The notes under the pieces are model-generated. The model saw nothing but the letters and a program-made list of their open reading frames with translations. It did no database searches and had not been told where the DNA came from. 64,000 bases of DNA from Azolla caroliniana (taxonomy: Eukaryota; Plantae; Polypodiophyta): positions 248,001 through 312,000 of the forward strand of contig JBHGNT010000017.1 of the NCBI GenBank assembly GCA_043228905.1, given 5' to 3'. Shown here in pieces: positions 23,501-35,500 of the stretch. The position numbers were made by a program, and so were the translations under genes. Numbering within the stretch: the first letter of the stretch is position 1; each line of letters opens with the position of its first letter.

Positions 23501-26500
23501 GTTTTTCTGCTCTAAAATCTCGAAACCTGGAGGCTGTTCAACATAAACCTCCTCTTTCAAGTCACCGTTAAGGAAGGCGGACTTGACATCCATTTGAAAA
23601 ATGGGCCATTTGTTGTGAGCAGCAAATGCAAGCGCACATCGGATAGAGGTGTAACTTGTTGTTGGAGCAAAAGTTTCCTCGTAATCCACTCCTTTGACTT
23701 GTGAGTAGCCTTTTGCCACTAAGCGTGCCTTGTGCTTATCCAAAGTACCATCAGCATGGTATTTGGTCTTGAAATCCATTTCAGTCCAATGACTTGTCGA
23801 TGTGGAGGCCGTGGGACCAGCTCCCATGTATGATTCTACTCAATGGAATCAAGTTCAACTTCCATTGCTACTTTCCACTTTGGAAGAACAGTACCATCAG
23901 CATGGTATTTGGTCTTGAAATCCATTTCAGTCCAATGACTTGTCGATGTGGAGGCCGTGGGACCAGCTCCCATGTATGATTCTACTCAATGGAATCAAGT
24001 TCAACTTCCATTGCTGCTTTCCACTTTGGAAGAACAAGGGCCTCTTTTGCAATTGTGGGTTCCTTTGATTGCACAACAGTGCACAATAAGGCAAAGTTGC
24101 ATGAGTGAAGAGGTCGTTGTGACTTACGTGTTCGAGAACCAGATGTATACTCGTGAAGTTTAGCATCAGAGAGATGAGAATCACGAATGGTGGATTGAAT
24201 CCACTTGGGAAGTGGTGGAAGCTGGTTTGTAGAGGGAGGGGAAACAAGTGGAGTTGAGGGAGAGGATTGAATTGTTGGCGAAGTTAGAGATTGAGTAGGA
24301 GGAGATGGGGGGCATGAAGAAGAGACATCTTCGTCTAAAATAGGAGATTCCAGAGGAGCTGGGATTTCAACCATGAACTCAAGTGAAATCCTAGAATCAT
24401 CCAGTTGACACTCCACAAAATGAACATCCCTAGAGATGACTAGGGACTTTGACTCTAAATCCCATAACTTGTACACTTTAGATTGTGTGTTGTAACCAAG
24501 AAATTTGCATTTCTTGGTTTTGGACTCAAATTTCGTCTGTTTATGATCTGAAATGTGAACATAAGCATCACAACCAAAGACTTTAAAATGAGATATTGAG
24601 GGCTTTACACCTGTAAATGCTTCTGCATGCGTCATTCCAGCAATTGCTTTTGTTGGGCAGCAGTTGATGATGTAGACTGTTGTGTTGACAACTTCACCCC
24701 AAAACAAGAGAGGAAGATCAGATTGAGATAACATCGTACGAGCCATCTCTTGGACTGTCCAATTCTTCCTTTCCACGACTCCATTTTGTTGAGGAGTATT
24801 GGGTGTAGAAAATTGGCGAGCAATGCCTCGTTGAGAGCAGAAATGGTTGAAAGCTTGGGAGATAAACTCTCCACCATTGTCCGACCTGATCTTTCGAACT
24901 TTCTTTGATGTCTCGTTCTCCACGAGAGCTACCCATTCTTGAAATTTTGAGAGGGCTTGCAATTTTTCTACAAGAAAATAAACCCAAACCTTGCGGGACA
25001 ATTTACAGCAGTTGTAAGTAGATGCTCAGGGTCTTTCTACTTCTCCCTAGATGCTAGGTGAGGCTCAGATGAGGGGGAAAGAAAAAAGGGAACCTCCTTT
25101 GTAGGTTGGGAGGGTGGCTGCTAAGAGAACCTCCTCTATAATGTTGGGAGGGAGGGATAAAAGAAGAGAGGTCTGTGTGCTCTTTGGCAAAAAAAAAAAT
25201 CAGGCCGAGGATATGGAGACTTCACTGCTCTGATACCATGTGAGAAAAGCTGTTAATAGCAGCAACGGAAGAGTTAGAACAAAATAGACACAGCCAAGCT
25301 GTGAGAAGGCTGTTAGACAGTAGTAGAAAAAATGGTTGCAAAGAGTAGAGACACAGCCAAAGAGTTGTGCTTGTTTCTAAGTAGCAACAGAAAATAATCT
25401 CCTTACAAAAGAGGCTGGTATAAACCTATTTATACAAAATTGGGAATGGTTGTTTGGTAGTTAAGAGACTCTTGTACTACCAAACAGGTACAATAAACTA
25501 GGAATAAAAAAAGGGAATATCTTGGAAAAAGTGGAAGAAACAAAATGCATTTAAAGCAATGCAGATTCTAGAGAGAGAAGGCATTTAAAGAGTTACAGAT
25601 TCTAGAGAGAAAAGAATCTGGGAAGAGAGAGAATGTAGTACAGAGATAATAAAGATGAATGAGAGTGCAGGTCTGGAGCTGCCACCCTCCAACATTGGGA
25701 GGGGAGGGAGATTCAAAGTCTCAATCATCACTGGCCAGTAGCAATCGGCAATGGTTTTGTTTGAACAAAACCGAACCGTGAAACCGTGGATTAATAGTTT
25801 ATATGGTGAGGTTCAGTTCAAGTTCAGGTTTTTGAAAATGGTTTAGTTTCGGTTTGGTTCGGTTTGAGCCTTTATCATATTATTGGTTGCCGGTTTAAAC
25901 GGTTTGAAATCATGGTTTAAACTGTTAAAACGGATTGAAGGGTTTAGGGTTGACACTCGATTATTATCTTAAATATTCTTTTGAACAACCTTTCATTTTT
26001 AAGCCTAATTTTGATATTTAAAAAAACAACTTTAAATTTTAAAATTTTAAAATTTTAACCTAACTTGAAAACTGAACTGAACCACGAAACCGTGGTTTTA
26101 ACGGTTTTATGGTTTGAAAATGTCTAAACCATTTGGTTTGAGCTTGAATTTTTCGCAACAATTCGGTTTGAACAGTTCTGGTTTAAACGGTTTTGTGGTT
26201 TGAGTTTGACACTCGAACCGAACTGAACCATTGCTGAATTCTACTTGACACATGAAGGCACTTTTCCTCCTCACTATACACTCTTCCTCCCTAATGTTAT
26301 TGCCTACTTCACTTCAGATCTTTGGTTGATTTCTTCCCTTGTTTGTTTCCTTCATTGATCCCCCCCTCCCTAAGTGATTTTTATAGGCTGCTCACTGATT
26401 GAGGTGCCCCTAGGCTTTTCAAGAAGTTTCCATATAGTTTTTAGAACCTTCTAAAAATGGCCGTTTTCAAATATAGTCCTATCATTCCCTCAAATTACAC

Positions 26501-29500
26501 ATATGGCTTTGAATATATAGGGCTTATATTCATTGATGATTATAAGAATGGTCTTTCTTACTATTAAACCAATCCTTTCTTCAATTTACAAATATGGCCC
26601 AAATATACAAGGCCACGACTTAGGCTTTGGACGTTTGATTCACACGTTGCCCCTTATTGCTAATCTTAGCCATCGGTCCCACAATTCCACCAATTTCACC
26701 TCGTGAAGTGTGAGCTTCACGACAATGTGACTAAAGAATCTCATCATCTACATATGTAAGATTCTCAACTCTGATAGGGTAATTTTGGTGTAATTTTGGT
26801 CTTCAAAAGATTTTAGCATAGGCCTATCCAGAATGGAGAGAGGTCCTTGAAGCGAGGGAAGCACCTACAATGGCGGGAGATAATGGCCTTTCTGTCCATG
26901 ACAAGGGTGATGATTTATTAGAAATATTGAGAATCGAGTAGATAGGTATATAGAGTTACAACTGCAGAGATGGATATATGAAAACAGAATTTCTATTACA
27001 TATGAGAGTAGTTCAAAATGGTAGTTTTCCCATGCGCTCACACCTTAGAGCTTAGATAGGATATGGACCGGCTCACTACAAAATTAGTGGGGACTAATGA
27101 TCAATCTGACCACTGTGTGAGAAAAGTGACTTATAATCTATGTTTGGTCTTAGTATATATGTGCAAGTCAGTTGACAGTAGTGGAGATATTCCTTTTCTG
27201 TCAACTGACTTGTCATTTAATATGACCCAACTCCCTAGGTACAGGCTAGTGCTAGATAATACTTATCTTGAAGTCAATGACGCATACTTCAAGACTAAGT
27301 ACATCGTAACTTGCCCACAAAATATTCTAGCTGACTTGATTAGCCAATCCTTTTATCTATTTCTCTCTTTCCTAAATATATTGTGTCCTACGCATCTACG
27401 GTTTCCTAGATTAACACCTTATCGACCCATATGGTCGAGTTGCACACTAGCCGCTCCTCATTTGGGGCGCTATCACAAAATGTGCACTCTAAGAGCACAT
27501 ATGGGGATAGATTTACAACTTGGGGCTGATCATTGATTATATCTAACACGCCCCCTCAATGATCAACCCATTGAGTTCACTTGGAATTGGGCCAACACCT
27601 AGTCGTCGAAGGTGTTGTTGCAACTGTTCTGCTCCAAGCGCCTTTGTGAAGATATCTGCAGCATTTTCTGATGTTGGACAGTACTCAAGCTCCACAATCT
27701 CATCATTTATTAGCTCCCGCACATAGTGATACTGAATCTCTATGTGTTTAGTACGTGCATGAAATACGGGGTTCTTGGCAATGGCCATGCAACTCTGATT
27801 GTCACACCTCAATACCGTTGCCGTCCTTATTGGGACTGCCACATCCATAAGGATTCTTCTTAGCCAAACTACCTCGCATGCCGCTATGCATGCTGCTTTG
27901 TATTCTGCCTCCGTTGAAGATAGTGCCACTGTTGGTTGTTTTTTACTACTCCATGAAACAGCTCCAGATCCTATTGAAAAACAATATCCAGAAACTGATT
28001 TTCTGGAATCACTATCTCCAGCCCAATCGGAGTCGCAATATCCACTAAGTTGGTCAATTGTTGGCTTGTAGAAGATTCCATAATTTAAAGTACCCACAAT
28101 GTACTTTAATACACGTAGAGCAGCTTTCCAATGAGTCTCCTTCGGCTTGTTGCTGAATCGACTCACCACATTGACTGCAAAACAAATATCCGGCCTAGTG
28201 TTGCATAGGAAAATTAGACTTCCTACTAGTTGTCTATACTTCCTTATGTCAACCATTGGTGATGAGTCTTCTTGGGATAGCTTGCAGTTTGACTCCATTG
28301 GAGTCGACTTCGACTTGCTGTCCATCATCCCGAAGGTCTTCAAGATCTCTGTTGCATACTTTCTTTGTGACATGAAGATGCCGACCGAGGTTTGCCAAAC
28401 CTCAATTCCAAGGAAGTAGTGTAGAATCCCCAAGTCTGTCATTTCAAACTCAGTTTTCAAACACTCTTGTGTTTGGCCAATGCACTCTTCATGGTCACCA
28501 GTAAGTACTAGATCATCCACGTAAATGATAATGATGACTTGTTTCCCATCCTTCATTTTGACATACATACTTGCATCCGAAGCACATTGCTTAAAGTCGA
28601 TTGATCGTAAGAAGCTGTCTATCCTCTTGTTCCAAGCTCTTGGTGCTTGCTTTAGACCATATAGTGCCTTCTTCAGCTTGCAAACTTTGTTTTCTGAATT
28701 CGGTATCTCAAACCCCGGTGGTTGTGTCACATATACCTCCTCCTTGAGATGCCCATTCAGAAATGCTGATTTGACATCCATTTGATAAATCGGCCATCCT
28801 CTTGAAGCAGCCAACGCTATGACCATTCGAATTGTTGTCATGCGAGCTGTCGGGGCAAATGTTTCTTGTACATCGAACCCTTCAATTTGGGAGTATCCTT
28901 GCGCTACTAGCCTGGCCTTGAATTTCTCCAAAGAGCCATCAGCTTTATACTTTACTTTCCATACCCACTTCGTGCCTATCACCTTCTTCTTTGTTGGCCT
29001 CTCTACCAACTCCCATGTGTCATTTTTCATGATGCTATCATATTCTGATATCATCGCCTCTTTCCACTTCGGGTCGGCCATAGCTTCCTCCACCGAGGTC
29101 GGCTCACTCACTGAGCCTATGATGTCCACCATCAGAGCCATGTTGACAATGTGGTCAGAGGTTCTTCCTTGCTCCTGTATTCTTCTTGATCTTCGTAATC
29201 CATCAGTTGAAGTTTCAGGAAACTCAACTTTAGGAGTATGATCATTGAAGAGTTGTTGAGCCCACTTAGGTATTTTCTTTACATGTGGGACTGGCATAGG
29301 CTGAACTAGTGAACCATTACCATCAGATGGTTCAGCTTCCTTTTTTGGATAATGGGTCGGGATTGGGTAAAATACTTCTTCAGTTGATGAGATAACTTGA
29401 GAATCGTTGTTCTCAGCTAGCTGTGGTTGTTCCTCATCGAACACCACATCGCGGCTTGTCAATATCTTTCTTGCCTCTGGATCGTAGAGTCGATAGGCCT

Positions 29501-32500
29501 TTGACTCTTCACTATATCCGAGAAAGATACACTTTTTGCTTTTAGCATCCAACTTCTTTCTGCTCACATCTGGAATATGTGCGTAGCACATACACCCAAA
29601 GGTTCTGAAGTGCAGCACTGAAGGTTTCTTGCCTGAATAAGCTTCTTGGGGTGTTTTCCCTTGAAGTGCCTTCGTGTAGCTCCGATTGAGGATGTAAACT
29701 GCTGTGTTCACTGCTTCAGCCCAGAATGGGTCGGGCAGCGCTTGTGCCTTCAACATACACCTAGCCATCTCGACAACTGTTCGATTTCGACGTTCGACAA
29801 CGCCATTTTGTTGTGGGGTGTAGGCAGTTGTAAGTTGGCGCTTAATTCCATGCTCTTTGCAATACTCACAGAATTCGATTGATAAGAATTCTCCACCTCG
29901 ATCAGAGCGTAGCTCCTTCACTAACTTTCCAGACTCTCGCTCGACAAACTTATGCCATCTTTTGAAGATTTTAAAAGCTTCAGCCTTCTCCCGAAGGAAG
30001 TAAACCCACATCTTTCTGCTGAAGTCGTCGACTATTAGCATATAGTAGAGAGATCCACCCATTGCAGGAGTCACCATTTTTCCAGAGAGGTCAATGTGTA
30101 TTAGCTGTAGAGGAGTCTTTGCCCGATTTTGACTCTCTTTTGGAATGGCTGATCTTTGATGCTTGCCCATCATATAAGCATCACAAACATGACTTAACTA
30201 CCATATTCGACTTCTTCATCTCCTTCAACACAGCAACGTTGAGATGCCCAAATCTCTCATGCCATTGCTTTGTGTTGGTACTTGTGCTGTGGTCAGTAGA
30301 AATGGTAAACGCGCTCAGCTCATAGAGATTGTTGCGCCTCACCCCTATTCCTACAACCTTGCCAGCAGAATCTGTTATTTCTGCACCCGACTTCTTGAAT
30401 CGAACATCAAGACCCTTGTCAGTCAGTGCAGAAATGGACAGTAGATTCTTCTTCAGATCTGGCACGTACAACACTTGAGAGAGATGCTTTGTCCCACCGG
30501 TCGTTGCTTTGAGGGAGACGGTTCCGGTTCCTTTGGCCGGACATCGAGCATTGTTCCCGACCACAACATTGATGGGCTCTTGTAGAGGTGTCCAAGAACT
30601 GTACCAGTCACGATTACTGGTCATATGTCGGGATGCTCCACTATCGAGAATCCAAGACTCATCAACAACTTGAGTGTCAACTGAAGAACACACTTCTTCA
30701 GTTGCGACCCATAACTCAAGTTCATCTACGACATTGTTAGCGGACTCGGGCTCTCTCCAAGAAGTCTTATTAGAACCATTCTTCTCATCCGCCATCTTCT
30801 TTCGACAATCCTTGATTGTGTGACCCTTCTTGTCACAGTAGAAACACGATCCATTGAACTTCTTCTTCTTCGGTATCCTATTCGCATTGTTTGAATTGGA
30901 TGCCCCTTCACCCTTAGTCCTAGAGACAAATGCTGAATCTTCCCTTTCTTCTCTTGTCTTCAGCCGAAGCTCCTCTTCAAGCAGCATTGCACTTAGTTCA
31001 TCAAATTTTAAAGGAGTGGGTCGAACCTGAGTGTTCAATGCTGTCACAATGCCATCATACTTGAAAGGAAGTACTCGAATGCACCGACGAGCCATATCCT
31101 CTTGAGAGACGACTACTCCAACAGCCGCCAGCTGATCTTGAAGATCCTTAATCCTTTTTACAAAGGATTCTACTTTCTCTCCATCAGCGAGCTTCTCTGC
31201 AGCAAGCTGATTTTCGAGGTTTTGTATCCTTGTATAGTTTCTGGTCTCATACTGGCTGGCCAATATGCTCCAAGCTTCATGTGCCCTAGTTGTATGTTGC
31301 ACTAGTGTTAGTACGGAGTCACATACACCAGTGACTATGGTACATAGCGCATCAGCATTCCTTCTCTTCCAGGCTCGAAGTAGATCAGCATTTGGAGGAA
31401 TTGATGTGGTAGGGTGTGCAGGGTCAAAGGTTGCCATGGGCTCAGGGTCTCCCCCTGTGGGTCCCATGATTGTTTCCAACAACTCGTAGGAATCCAAAAT
31501 GGCAGACATTTTGAACTTCCATAGAGTGTAGTTGGTTCCATCTAGCTTTCCATCAGACAATGGAGGTGGGCGAATGCGCAATGGAGCAGCTGCAACATTC
31601 GTGGACAAGGCCATTGATACTCTGTCTCTCTCTCTATTTCTCTCTGTTGCTAGACAGCAACTACCCGTATATACCTAATCTAGATCAACCTCTTTGCTCT
31701 GATACCATATTAGAAATATTGAGAATCGAGTAGATAGGTATATAGAGTTACAACTGCAGAGATGGATATATGAAAACAGAATTTCTATTACATATGAGAG
31801 TAGTTCAAAATGGTAGTTTTCCCATGCGCTCACACCTTAGAGCTTAGATAGGATATGGACCGGCTCACTACAAAATTAGTGGGGACTAATGATCAATCTG
31901 ACCACTGTGTGAGAAAAGTGACTTATAATCTATGTTTGGTCTTAGTATATATGTGCAAGTCAGTTGACAGTAGTGGAGATATTCCTTTTCTGTCAACTGA
32001 CTTGTCATTTAATATGACCCAACTCCCTAGGTACAGGCTAGTGCTAGATAATACTTATCTTGAAGTCAATGACGCATACTTCAAGACTAAGTACATCGTA
32101 ACTTGCCCACAAAATATTCTAGCTGACTTGATTAGCCAATCCTTTTATCTATTTCTCTCTTTCCTAAATATATTGTGTCCTACGCATCTACGGTTTCCTA
32201 GATTAACACCTTATCGACCCATATGGTCGAGTTGCACACTAGCCGCTCCTCATTTGGGGCGCTATCACAAAATGTGCACTCTAAGAGCACATATGGGGAT
32301 AGATTTACAACTTGGGGCTGATCATTGATTATATCTAACATGATTGTGGTCCACGGGCCGAGGCCTACGTTTACGGCAAATTGCTAATGCTCGATCTATT
32401 GTAACCCCTTCGCAATGACAGGTTAGGGGGGCCATTTGTATAGCCCTTGATTGCTTGTAGCATGAGTAGGAGTGATGGGGACAAAGAAAGTTGTGATTGT

Positions 32501-35500
32501 TCTTTGTTGATTAGCTTGCATGGTTGTGTTGTCGTCCTTCAACAACTTCTCATTGTGTCTCTTGACTTCTAGGAAGAACAGCCCTAAACATCGTTGATCC
32601 TCATATTCCATTACCTTGCATAGTGGGCCAAAGCCTTGCTTAGTGAGGCAATGTTCTCTCTCTCTCATTTTACACAAAACGGTACAATGGTAAACGGAAT
32701 GTTCTTCAGATTTCACTCCCTGATGACACAATTGGCAGATTCTTTCTTCTAGAGGTAATAGTGCATATCTAACTAATCTCTTTGATAATAATATTTGTTT
32801 CAATAAATTTCGATACAATCATGGAAACCTGATACCTTAATATGAGGTCGAAGCCAAAGAGACATCTGATTTTGCATAGTACCTTGAGCAAACCTGCACG
32901 AATACATAACTTTCCTCAGCTTGAGAATGAGAATATTAATTCTTTTGACACCAAGAACTACATTGGAAATGCAGGATCTAAACCATGATCATCTAGTTCA
33001 AAATTTTACAACAAGCCTTTGCCATTTAGGAAAGGGATGCAAGCATAGATTATGGGTTATACCGTTAAAATACTAGAATATTCTGAATTCACAATTTCAG
33101 TTGCAAGAGAGAAGAAAGAAAGAAAGAAAGAAAGATGAATTAACGTCTTTTAAGAGGCCAAAATGACCTATAAGACTAAATAAGAGATTAGATCTTAAAA
33201 CGGTGTCTCATCTTTGAGAACAAACCAAAATTAATGCAAAAAAGTAAATTGAAATAGAAATAGAAATAGACTAAGACATGACTAAAGAATCTTGTCATCT
33301 ATACATGTAAGATTCTCAATTCATATTTACTTTAAATTTTGTCTTCAAAAAATCTCTAGCATAGGTCAATCCCGAATGGTAAAGTCGCCAAAGTAAGGGA
33401 AGCTTGGTGGGAGATAATGGCCTTTATCTATTGCTGGAAAGAGTGATAAGATCATGGTCCACGGGGCCAAGGCCTACCTGCATGACAATTTGATATTGCC
33501 CGATCTATCGGAAACCTTTTGCGGAGAAACCAAATTATCAAAACAATGTAGATAATGAACCTTATGTCGTGTACTATTATCTGGTTTTCAAATTAATATT
33601 CACTCTATTGACACCATCTGCAACAACTGTTTAAAGACTTTTTTTTATCATCAGTCTGATTATATAAGCAGACAATAATAAGCTTCTAGAATCAGGAGCA
33701 ACGGCCAAATTTTTCTTTCTTAATAAAACAATCTGTATTACAGTCAAATTCATACATAGCCTCCACAGATCGCATAATGTGGCTACCTTTATAGTATCTG
33801 ACAACTGGCAAAGTAAATTGAGAAAATGGCAAGTGAAAAAGAGGGCAACACTACGGATTGTGCTTGTATATTTCGCACTTAGCAGAGATATCCCTGTCTC
33901 ACACTATTCCAAGAAAACACAAAAATAGATATATGGTAAAACTAAAACAAGGATAAAGAGCCAGACCTTCAAAAAATAAATAATATACATACTATGGCCA
34001 TATCATGGAAAGAAGAATAATACAGTGTGCTGATTTCTAGAATAGTTTATGGGAATCAAATGGATTGTTATCTCTATAGAATACTGGATTTTAGGGCAAT
34101 AATCATTTTCCTTGCATCACGCCATCATATTCATTTTTCAATGATTGCCTCAGATATTATGACAGTGTAAAGAACTTCTTTATTCCCAATGGAAAGTCTC
34201 GATAGACGTTACTAATCAGAATCTTGGTTTTTGTGTTTAGCTTCTTGCTATGTTTAAAATGTCCAAAAGGAAGTGCATTTAGTTTTGCAGTCAGCTGTAA
34301 AATACCATCCACCTTGAATGGAATTAATCTAAAGATAAAATGCAGTTAGATCTGTTATACCTTGACACTCTTATATCCTATACCCGAGGTTCCATCAGAA
34401 ATGGATCTAGATTCCAGATTTTCTATAGAGATTTACATAAGTTTCTCCAATTTCTCGCAGTATTAGATAATGAAGTCAGGACACATACCTCTCATCACAA
34501 AGAATAATTGCACCATAGTCTTTCTTGTGCCGTATGACACGACCGACAGCTTGATTCACAGCCCGGGAGGCTTGTTGTAGATACCATTCCTCCCCTGTCA
34601 AAGCCTGCCGCCATTGCTTAAAGTTCCCATCAACTATAATACTGTAATAAGTAAATGATGGACATAATTCGTCGCAGATGATACCTTCTTTTTATTGGCC
34701 TGAAGACGACACTGCTCATCCAAATATTCCCGTTTCAGCCTAACCTGCATGAGTAAGTGTTTTTCTTATACTTCATGTTTCCTGAAGAAGATAATTTCTA
34801 AGCTTTGGGTATACATCATACTTTCGGGTCTGTCTTCATTGCATATGGAATGCCTGTGATTACAACAGCCCTCCCAGCTTTATCTGCAAAATCCAGGCCT
34901 TCACTAACCTGAAACACTTCCATTCCATAGCATTCGAGTATGAAAATTTTTACGGCATTATTTGAAGACAAGGAAAGCATATCATTTCAAACGAAGGGCT
35001 GATCAAATTAATACAGACCTTGCCTCTGCAAACAGCAAAGAAAATAGCACCAGAGGAGCTGAAATCATTCAATTTTGTAATAAAATCCTGAAATGTATTA
35101 AGAAAAACATTTAAAGGATCTATAAACAAGAGCAGATTGTCATCTTACATGAAAAAAATGCATCCTATAAAATGCATCGAACATGTCGTATGCGTGATGC
35201 AAACACATTAATCCCATGAGACTAGAACCTCATTAGCATGGTTGAAAAGTGCTGATTCTTTCGGCTCTATCACAGGCTGTTTATGCTTGCAAATTCTTTC
35301 CCAAATAGTAGCCACTTTTGGTAGCTCCAAATTCTGACACAATTTGACAGTCAGAACATGTCAATTTAATCATCATTGTCTAGAAGCAGGAAGGCAGTTC
35401 TTACCACTTTACAGGTCTTACTATTAACATACAACTAAGCAGAAAGAAAAGAAAGTGATAGTTCATTTGTAGTGAGATCTCATCAACAATTTAATAAAGC

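Larger units (their letters stand above)
20859..26724. mobile_element. Non-coding TGTC...GACA element (solo-LTR- or Ginger-like), hosting a copia and a MITE
   Basis: Left end TGTCCTGTAGTTCACAG versus reverse complement of right end TGTCGTGAAGCTCACAC (13/17 identical). Flanks are ATGC / ATGT. Removing the element plus one 4-mer restores the spacing of the uninterrupted LINE copy (taag-acat-gactaaag at ~33272-33287). Confidence 0.6.
26916..32340 (-). mobile_element. Young full-length Ty1/copia retrotransposon (5.4 kb) in RTEL1 intron 18
   Basis: 633-bp LTRs at 26916-27548 and 31708-32340 appear identical by eye, and the incidental 157-aa ORF is identical in both. Perfect TSD TGATT (26911-26915, 32341-32345). 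PBS complement GCTCTGATACCA at 31696-31707. PPT GAGGGGGCG. Confidence 0.97.
20700..32785 (-). mobile_element. 5'-truncated RTE/RTE-X-like LINE in RTEL1 intron 18, split into three pieces (20700-20858, 26725-26915, 32341-32785)
   Basis: C-terminal CCHC-like region [22 protein letters not shown] in ORF 32423..32818. The three pieces join colinearly with the uninterrupted 3'-end copy at 33108-33525 (ttttaagaggccaaaatg..tataag; gactaaagaatc; gggagataatggccttt; ggtccacggg). Confidence 0.78.

Noticed and set aside
27063-27536. Identical 157-aa ORFs at 27063 and 31855 as a duplicated novel gene
   Set aside because: Both lie wholly inside the two LTRs, antisense to the element, with no recognisable motif. 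Their identity just reflects LTR identity.
30170-30205. Programmed +1 gag-pol frameshift
   Set aside because: It falls inside the integrase HHCC domain, coincides with a deletion and a Cys-to-Tyr change, and lacks an in-frame Ty1/Ty3-type slippery heptamer. Plant copias normally have a single ORF.
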